Assembly: GCA_964016885.1 (NCBI GenBank)
Contig: OZ024756.1
Location: 41,416,001-41,480,000 of the forward strand
DNA: 64,000 nucleotides
Direction of reading: 5' to 3'
From: Eledone cirrhosa
Taxonomy: Eukaryota
In this document: positions 55,397 through 64,000 of the stretch, piece after piece
Layout: each line of letters begins with the position of its first letter
How positions within the stretch are numbered: the stretch's first letter is position 1
Position numbers and translations under genes: made by a program
The notes under the pieces: model-generated
The model's database searches: none
What the model was told of the DNA's origin: nothing
The model's input: the letters and a program-made list of their open reading frames with translations, nothing else

Positions 55397-55816
55397 ATAT
55401 CTATATATCTATCTACCTATCTATATATCTATATATATATATATCTATTTATCTATCTATCTGTGTTTATGTATATGTAGATGTATATGTATGTATGTAC
55501 ATGCGTGTATATATATGTATATATGTATGTATGTGTATACGAGACTGTGTATGTGTGTTTCATTTTCTAATATCATCGTTTCTAATTTTAAAACAAGTTT
55601 GTCAAAAAAAGAAAACAAAACAAAGGAGACCACCCACATTTGCACACACACACACACACACATACACACACACACACACATACATATATCTTATGTAAAA
55701 ATATGCGTATATATATATATATATATATAGGTATACTAACATCTATATATGTATATATTTATACATATGCATGCTTCTATATGTTATACTACACTTAATT
55801 TAAACAAACATGTGTT

Positions 55817-55922
<106 letters not shown>

Positions 55923-55934
55923 ATATATATATAA

Positions 55935-56143
55935 AAGGTAAACAGAAATAACAACACAATCGGTACAGTATATGGAAGGGATATATTAGGTTAACGCTTG
56001 ATATACAGGAAGAGGGTCTTAACATTTCGGACGTTAGTCCTTCATCAGAAGAAAGAATGAGAAATAAGATAGATTGAAGGGACGGGCGGGCTGGAATTGG
56101 AAAAAATGTCTTTAGATAAAAATAAAAGGTCCATTCATGTTGA

Positions 56144-56148
<5 letters not shown>
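55935..56148 (-). mobile_element. Second copy of the 16690-16900 element with minimal hammerhead at 56017-56052
   Basis: Near-identical reverse complement: tctt-CTGATGA-aggactaacgtcc-GAAA-tgtt-aaga; both copies are flanked by (TC)n upstream and (TA)n downstream, although the TC tract is on opposite strands relative to the element. Confidence 0.8.
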
Positions 56149-56180
<32 letters not shown>

Positions 56181-56391
56181 CGGGGGTAACCGCAGTAAAT
56201 ATATATATATATGTATATATATATAAATGAATAAAAATAGACAAGGGTTAAAATGTCCTCTTCAGTAGTCTGCTGATTATCGTTGGTATTTCGACGCATT
56301 AAAGACTAGATACCTAAAATCAGTGCGAACGATAACTGAATTAAGTTATCGGGACAGTGGGAAAACAGAGGGAAGGAAACAAACACATGGT

Positions 56392-56461
<70 letters not shown>

Positions 56462-56462
56462 G

Positions 56463-56493
<31 letters not shown>

Positions 56494-56494
56494 G

Positions 56495-56527
<33 letters not shown>

Positions 56528-56894
56528 GATATATACATATATATATATATATATATAGATATATACATAGATATAGATATTTATTTACTGCGGTTACCCC
56601 CGACTCAAATCGTGATCAACACACACACACACACACACACACACAATATATATATATATATATAAGAGAGAGAGAGGGGGGGATTAGAATTCTTTGGTCT
56701 GATCTGTGACATTAAAAGGTTTACTTCAAACAGTCTGCCACTCAGTACACCACCCTGAGCACCACCCTCCATTGTTTCGCAGATATTTCGACTATTTCAC
56801 AAAACACGATCAAAACCTCATAACTTTCTTTGTTAAGATTTTGTTGCTTAACAGTTAAGAGCTATCTCTCTTTGTGTGAATCAGTGTGGCTATG

Positions 56895-56972
<78 letters not shown>

Positions 56973-57032
56973 TATATATATATACACATATATATATTAT
57001 ATATATACATATCTATCTAGCCATATATATAT

Positions 57033-57092
<60 letters not shown>

Positions 57093-57314
57093 ATATATAT
57101 ATATCTATCCATATATATTTATATATATATATGTGTGTGTATATGAGTAGATAAATATATATTGCATACATACGTGTAGGTATGCATATGTATGTGTGTA
57201 TATGTATGTGCATATATATTTATGTATTTAAGTAAGTACACATATGTATATTTAATGTCTGTGTATATATGTGTATGTAGACATTTTTCAGTGGGTCTAT
57301 GTATGCGTGCTTTA

Positions 57315-57672
57315 TGGTGGTGATAGCGGTGGCGGTGGTGGTGGTGGTGGTGGTGGTGATAGCGGTGGCGGCGGTGGTGGTGGTGGTGGTGGTGATAGCG
57401 GTGGCGGTGGTGGTGGTGGTGATAGTGGTGGCGGTGGTGGTGGTGGTGGTGGTGGTGATAGCGGTGGCGGTGGTGGTGGTGGTGATAGCGGTGGTGGTGG
57501 TGGTGGTGGTGGTGATAGCGGTGGCGGTGGTGGTGGTGGTGGTGGTGGTGATAGCGGTGGCGGTGGTGGTGGTGGTGGTGGTGATAGCGGTGGCGGTGGT
57601 GGTGGTGGTGGTGGTGGTGATAGCGGTGGCGGCGGTGGTGCTGGTGGCGATAGCGGCGGCGGCGGTGCTGGT
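57315..57672. repeat. (GGT)n-GATAGC compound minisatellite
   Basis: Direct inspection. Confidence 0.9.
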
Positions 57673-58636
57673 GTGATGTTTATATATGTGTGTTTATGTG
57701 ATCGAGTATTTTGAGACGAATTCCTCACCTGGTTGTTTTATTATTTTAAGTAATGGTTTATTCTTTAAATATTTACTAGCTTCCTTTTAAACTCCGTGTG
57801 AACAAAAGAGGAAAATACCACCATGAAGCCTTATAAAGGGCAAAAGAGTTCTATAATCCAACAGGTGATCGCAACAAAATTTCAAGAGACCTTTGAATAA
57901 AACAGGACCTCCCAGAATTGTGTGAAAAAGGAACATTTTAGATCCCCCAAATCAGGCTACGTTTGAATGCTTGCAACAGAATGAACGCCGCTAAAAGACA
58001 CCCAAGGTCCAAAATAGTTATTTTAAACCAGGCGACGGATCACGGCCACTACTCTAGATCTCAGAACGCAAACAGTGGAAACAAATCCTCAAAAGATATT
58101 TTGTGCGACGCTCTAACAATTCGCCTTCCTGCAAATACGACATTTTTATTGCGTTACTTACTTTGGTCATTTAGGATCCAAATTAACTTTGATAACGGGG
58201 TGGAATTGCACTTCTCTGTGTGTTTCAAAGGGAAAGGCTGTATGTATGTATGTATGTATGTATGTATGTATGTATGTATGTATGTATGTATGTATGTATG
58301 TATGTATGTATGTATGTATATATGAACGAGCCATTCAATATATATTCAATGAGATCTATGTGCATCTCCATTTCGTTGGTATATAATATATTGGTCCTAC
58401 ACATCAGCTCCCTTTTTATAATATATTGGCCCTATACGTCAGCTCCCTCTTTAGGTGTTTGTTACCCAGACGACATCTCATTCAATGTTGATAATGAGGT
58501 CTTTTGAACAGTTTCTGACTTTTCTCTTGTGGCCCATTACCTTTGTTCTATATTGTCTAAATAGAGAGAAATTCTGTGAACTATGAAACTAAATGTACGG
58601 ATGACCTCGGATTTTCGCTAACATAGCTATATATAC

Positions 58637-58701
<65 letters not shown>

Positions 58702-58808
58702 CATATGTATATATATATATATAAAATTATAAGAAACGAAAGGAGCTGTGTGGTTACTGTAAACAAAGTTTAAGATGGTAGTATGGACGAAACAAGAGAA
58801 GAAAAGAA

Positions 58809-58866
58809 ATCCTTCATCAGCTGTAAACCGAGACATCTTGATCTCGGTTTACAGCTGATGAAGGAT
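58809..58866. repeat. Perfect 25-bp fold-back containing CTGATGA
   Basis: atccttcatcagctgtaaaccgaga / tctcggtttacagctgatgaaggat with an 8-nt loop. Confidence 0.85.
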
Positions 58867-59044
58867 ATATATATCAGCTTATCTCTTTTCGTTTGTTGAA
58901 AAAAGAAGTGACATTGTCACTACTTTAAAATAATAGCGCAAGGTCTTCAAAATGTTTTTAATTAAGTATACAGTATATTACCAAATATACTATATATATA
59001 TTCATGTATACATCGCTATTTCAGAGCACCAATCCTAAAATACT

Positions 59045-59130
<86 letters not shown>

Positions 59131-59359
59131 TCTCTCTCTCTCAGTCTGGTAATGTTTCTGTTGTTGAATCTTGTTTATAATTGATACATCTTTGACAATA
59201 TATTGTATCTCCAATCTTGGTAGATTTTCTTCAAAACCTCTCTCCCTCACTCTCTCTCTCTCTCTTTCCTCCTTTCTCTCTCTCTCCTTCTTTTACTCAG
59301 ACTAATCCTCTTTATGTTTTTTACTTTCAGTGTTGCATTCCAAACACTGCACCGACAGT

Positions 59360-59552
59360 ATCATCTACATCATCATCACTACCATCACCATCATCACCAT
59401 CACCATCACCATCATCATCACCATCATCATCACCATCATCACCATCACCATCACCATCACCATCATCACCATCACCATCATCATCACCATCATCATCACC
59501 ATCATCACCATCACCATCATCATCACCATCATCATCACCACCATCATCATCA
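59360..59552. repeat. (CAT/CAC)n tract
   Basis: Direct inspection. Confidence 0.95.
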
Positions 59553-60074
59553 ATAGTAGTAAGTAATACAGTGAAAAACAGATGGTTGTTGGCATTAATT
59601 CAGTGACATTTCTCAACGAAATATTTCTATCTCAACAAACTCTTCACTAAATTTCGGTAGCTGGCCAGAAAATCAGGCTTTCAGACACCTGACACTCGCA
59701 GAAGAGAGAGAGAGGGGGTGGGGTAAGGGGGGGTAGATGATGGAGGGGGGGGGGGGTTATATGCCAAAGTAGACGTATGGAAAATGTGAGGAAACTATTT
59801 TCATTCTACACTATATGTCACACTTTAGCTCCCCCCCACCCACCCACCCCCACCATCACTCACCCGGCAAAACACCTTCTTCATGGAAATAAACAACTTC
59901 ACACTCACAACCGTAACTTCAAACATTAATAGAGGTACAGTGATGTGTGTGTGTGTGTGTGTGTGTGTATATACATATATATACCTATATATATAAACAC
60001 AGATATATAAATCTCTGTTTACTTTTAACACATACACACATACATATATATATATGTTTTTGTTTACTTTTTAC

Positions 60075-60168
<94 letters not shown>

Positions 60169-60489
60169 ACAAAAGGTTAGTAACATAACAAGACAGGAGA
60201 GGGAAGCTAGAAGGAAAATATGAATGGATGGTGGCTTGTTTTGAAACTGGATGTGGAATGTGTGTATGTATGTGTATAGCTCTGTGTGTGTGTGTGTATG
60301 TGTATAGTTGTGTGTGGGCGTGTTTGGTTGGTGTCTGCCTATGGTGTGGAAGGGTGCGGTGTTGTAGGGTGGGGCATCTACCCGTGTGTCAAGAATGCTT
60401 CTAGTAAACAGATTTCGGAGAATATCACGTGGTTTTTGTTCAGCCTCATTCTGTTGCGCTCCCGGGGCGCTTGCGTGGGTGTGTGGCGC

Positions 60490-60553
<64 letters not shown>

Positions 60554-60890
60554 GGGCTGGGTAGGGTAGGTTATGTGTGTGTGCTTACTGGAAACTAGAC
60601 CGTAGAAAGAGAGAAAGACAGAAAGAAGTGAGTAACAATCTGGCGATGATATGGAGACTTTTGGTATTAAATGTTGGTAAATTCCGACTGGAGAATTTAG
60701 GAAGCGGGAATTAGTTGAGTAAACTGGTTGTCACTACTGCTTCATTCAGTCAATTGTACTACTTGCAGGAATTTGATGGAGAACAGCTATAATAATAGGC
60801 CGTGTTTATATGGTACAATGGTTAGACAATTGGATTAGCGATATTGTGGTTGTGAGTTCGATTTCCGGACCTGTGAGATGTCATTATTGA

Positions 60891-62795
60891 CAACACTAGT
60901 CCACTAGTCCTGGTATATATAACAACACTGGTCCACCAGTCCTGGTATATATGACATCACTGGTCCACCAGTCCTGGTATATATGACATCACTGGTCCAC
61001 CAGTCCTGGTATATATAACAACACTGGTCCACCAGTCCTGGTATATATGACATCACTGGTCCACCAGTCCTGGTATATATGACAACACTAGTCCACCAGT
61101 CCTGGTATATATGACAACACTGGTCCACCAGTCCTGGTATATATGACAACACTGGTCCACCAGTCCTGGTATATATGACAACACTGGTCCACCAGTCCTG
61201 GTATATATGACAACAGACAACACTGGTCTACCAGTCCTGGTATATATGACAACAGACAACACTGGTCTACCAGTCCTGGTATATATGACAACAGACAACA
61301 CTGGTCCACCAGTCCTGGTATATATGACAACAGACAACACAGGTCTACCAGTCCTGGTATATATGACAACAGACAACACAGGTCCACCAGTCCTGGTATA
61401 TATGACAACAGACAACACAGGTCTACCAGTCCTGGTATATATGACAACAGACAACACAGGTCTACCAGTCCTGGTATATATGACAACAGACAACACTGGT
61501 CCACCAGTCCTGGTATATATGACAACAGACAACACTGGTCCACCAGTCCTGGTATATATGACAACAGACAACACAGGTCCACCAGTCCTGGTATATATGA
61601 CAACAGACAACACTGGTCCACCAGTCCTGGTATATATGACAACAGACAACACTGGTCCACCAGTCCTGGTATATATGACACTGGTCCACCAGTCCTGGTA
61701 TATATGACAACAGACAACACTGGTCCACCAGTCCTGGTATATATGACAACAGACAACACTGGTCCACCAGTCCTGGTATATATGACACTGGTCCACCAGT
61801 CCTGGTATATATGACACTGGTCCACCAGTCCTGGTATATATGACAACAGACAACACTGGTCCACCAGTCCTGGTATATATGACAACAGACAACACTGGTC
61901 CACCAGTCCTGGTATATATGACAACAGACAACACTGGTCCACCAGTCCTGGTATATATGACACTGGTCCACCAGTCCTGGTATATATGACACTGGTCCAC
62001 CAGTCCTGGTATATATGACAACAGACAACACTGGTCTACCAGTCCTGGTATATATGACAACAGACAACACTGGTCCACCAGTCCTGGTATATATGACACT
62101 GGTCCACCAGTCCTGGTATATATGACACTGGTCCACCAGTCCTGGTATATATGACACTGGTCCACCAGTCCTGGTATATATGACACTGGTCCACCAGTCC
62201 TGGTATATATGACACTGGTCCACCAGTCCTGGTATATATGACACTGGTCCACCAGTCCTGGTATATATGACACTGGTCCACCAGTCCTGGTATATATGAC
62301 ACTGGTCCACCAGTCCTGGTATATATGACACTGGTCCACCAGTCCTGGTATATATGACACTGGTCCACCAGTCCTGGTATATATGACACTGGTCCACCAG
62401 TCCTGGTATATATGACATCACTGGTCCACCAGTCCTGGTATATATGACACTGGTCCACCAGTCCTGGTATATATGACACTGGTCCACCAGTCCTGGTATA
62501 TATGACACTGGTCCACCAGTCCTGGTATATATGACACTGGTCCACCAGTCCTGGTATATATGACACTGGTCCACCAGTCCTGGTATGTATGACATCACTG
62601 GTCCACCAGTCCTGGTATATATGACACTGGTCCACCAGTCCTGGTATATATGACACTGGTCCACCAGTCCTGGTATATATGACACTGGTCCACCAGTCCT
62701 GGTATATATGACACTGGTCCACCAGTCCTGGTATATATGACACTGGTCCACCAGTCCTGGTATATATGACACTAGTCTACTAGTCCTGGTATATA
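60891..62795. repeat. 1.9-kb minisatellite array, 29-bp core ACACTGGTCCACCAGTCCTGGTATATATG with 32- and 39-bp length variants
   Basis: Roughly 55-60 near-identical units; the long ORFs across it are artefacts. Confidence 0.95.
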
Positions 62796-62808
62796 CAACA
62801 TACCAATC

Positions 62809-62945
62809 CTACTGGTACTTTATTTTATCGATGGATGAAAGGCAAAGCTAACCTCGGCGGGATTTGAACTCAGAACAAAAAGTTATGTCTAAATTAACGC
62901 AAAGAATTTTGTCCGACGCTCTATCGATTCTGCCATTCCACATCC
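62809..62945 (-). mobile_element. SINE family 1 abutting the satellite
   Basis: actggtactttattttatcga..gatgaaaggcaaagctaacctcggcgggatttgaactcag..gattctgcca. Confidence 0.8.
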
Positions 62946-63154
62946 CTTGAGTTCTTAATTACCTATATGGTATTTCCACAGTTAAACTGGGAATTATATT
63001 ACAGGGGGGGGGGGGGTTAGATCAGAGTTGTAGAAAACATTGCAACGTTTGAAATAGTTTGGGAAAATTACAAAACAAAAGCACACAATTTTTTAATTAA
63101 AAGCTAACATTCTAAAGGAAATTTAACAGTGTCAGTGTGTGCGTGTGACTGTGT

Positions 63155-63232
<78 letters not shown>

Positions 63233-63357
63233 GGGGATGCAGATGCATATATATTGTGTTAATATATATTCCCATAAATAAATGTTTATAAATACTTGAA
63301 TATGTGATTGTATGTATGTATACATATCTATATACATACCTATTTATAAATACATAC

Positions 63358-63395
<38 letters not shown>

Positions 63396-63694
63396 GTGTA
63401 AAGATATGTAGATTTACGTTTTTTACTTAAAGATCGGGAGTTAATTAGTGCAAAAAGGGTGTGATTAGTGGACAGGGGGTGAGGGGGTGAGAGAGGGAGC
63501 TAGAGTGAGAGAGGGAGGGAGAGAGGTAGCTAGAGTGAGAGAGGGGGTGAGAAAGGGAGCTAGAGTGAGAGAGGGAGGGAGATAGTTGAGTTATAAATGG
63601 AAATAATATACCAAGGTAGAAAAACAAATTATGTAAACAAACAATACGGCTCTATATTTAGTACTACCACCACTACTACCACCACCATACCACC

Positions 63695-63752
<58 letters not shown>

Positions 63753-63907
63753 GAGACCTGGTGGTTGCTGTTCCCATTGTTTCAGAATTATTGTTCTGTC
63801 TATTTGATCGCTTTTGTTGTTTCAGTTTGTGAACTTAATTTTTAACATATTTCTGGTATTTGGAATTTCTGGATAAAGACCTACGGTGACACATGCCAAA
63901 ACACATG

Positions 63908-63944
<37 letters not shown>

Positions 63945-64000
63945 ATCAATGTTCTTTTGTCGCATATCTGCGACCAAAAACCTTGCAAAACAAATTTATA

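Noticed and set aside
57271-57728. Gly-rich or Pro-rich (extensin-like) protein
   Set aside because: (GGT)n-based minisatellite open in several frames, no exon evidence; likewise 35506-35967 and 59217-59616.
61053-62772. Long ORFs (235-436 aa) over the satellite
   Set aside because: Translation of a tandem repeat in several frames; no splice or domain support.
60891-62795. CRISPR-like array (palindromic ~29-bp repeat)
   Set aside because: No unique spacers: linkers are only 0, 3 or 10 nt and themselves repeated; no cas genes; eukaryotic context.

Overview
Eukaryotic, AT-rich genomic DNA saturated with microsatellites. The SINE types, LINE tails and (TA)n/(CA)n density suggest a coleoid cephalopod such as Octopus; this is inference, not proven. 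Only the first ~6 kb is clearly genic: a large terminal exon on + (43-1911) encoding a Ser/Thr/Pro-rich protein that ends in a prenylation-type motif (KKCCCVII), convergent with an FBXL8-like F-box/LRR gene on - (two coding exons, 388 aa). The remaining ~58 kb is a repeat landscape: two tRNA-derived SINE families, an RTE-clade LINE 3' end, a 5'-truncated but open L1/Tx1-clade LINE sitting in a (TATC/TA)n tract, a scrambled Penelope-type RT relic and many mini/microsatellites. Nearly all ORFs in the supplied track beyond 6 kb are microsatellite artefacts. The most interesting hidden signal is a dense set of short, mutually unrelated cassettes embedded in (TA)n tracts. They carry hammerhead-ribozyme cores (CUGANGA...GAAA...UH), often with palindromic stem III and sometimes very long stem II. 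Several share a TTGAGTRC motif, and they frequently occur as long fold-back palindromes. This is consistent with Penelope-like-element pLTR or retrozyme-like units.
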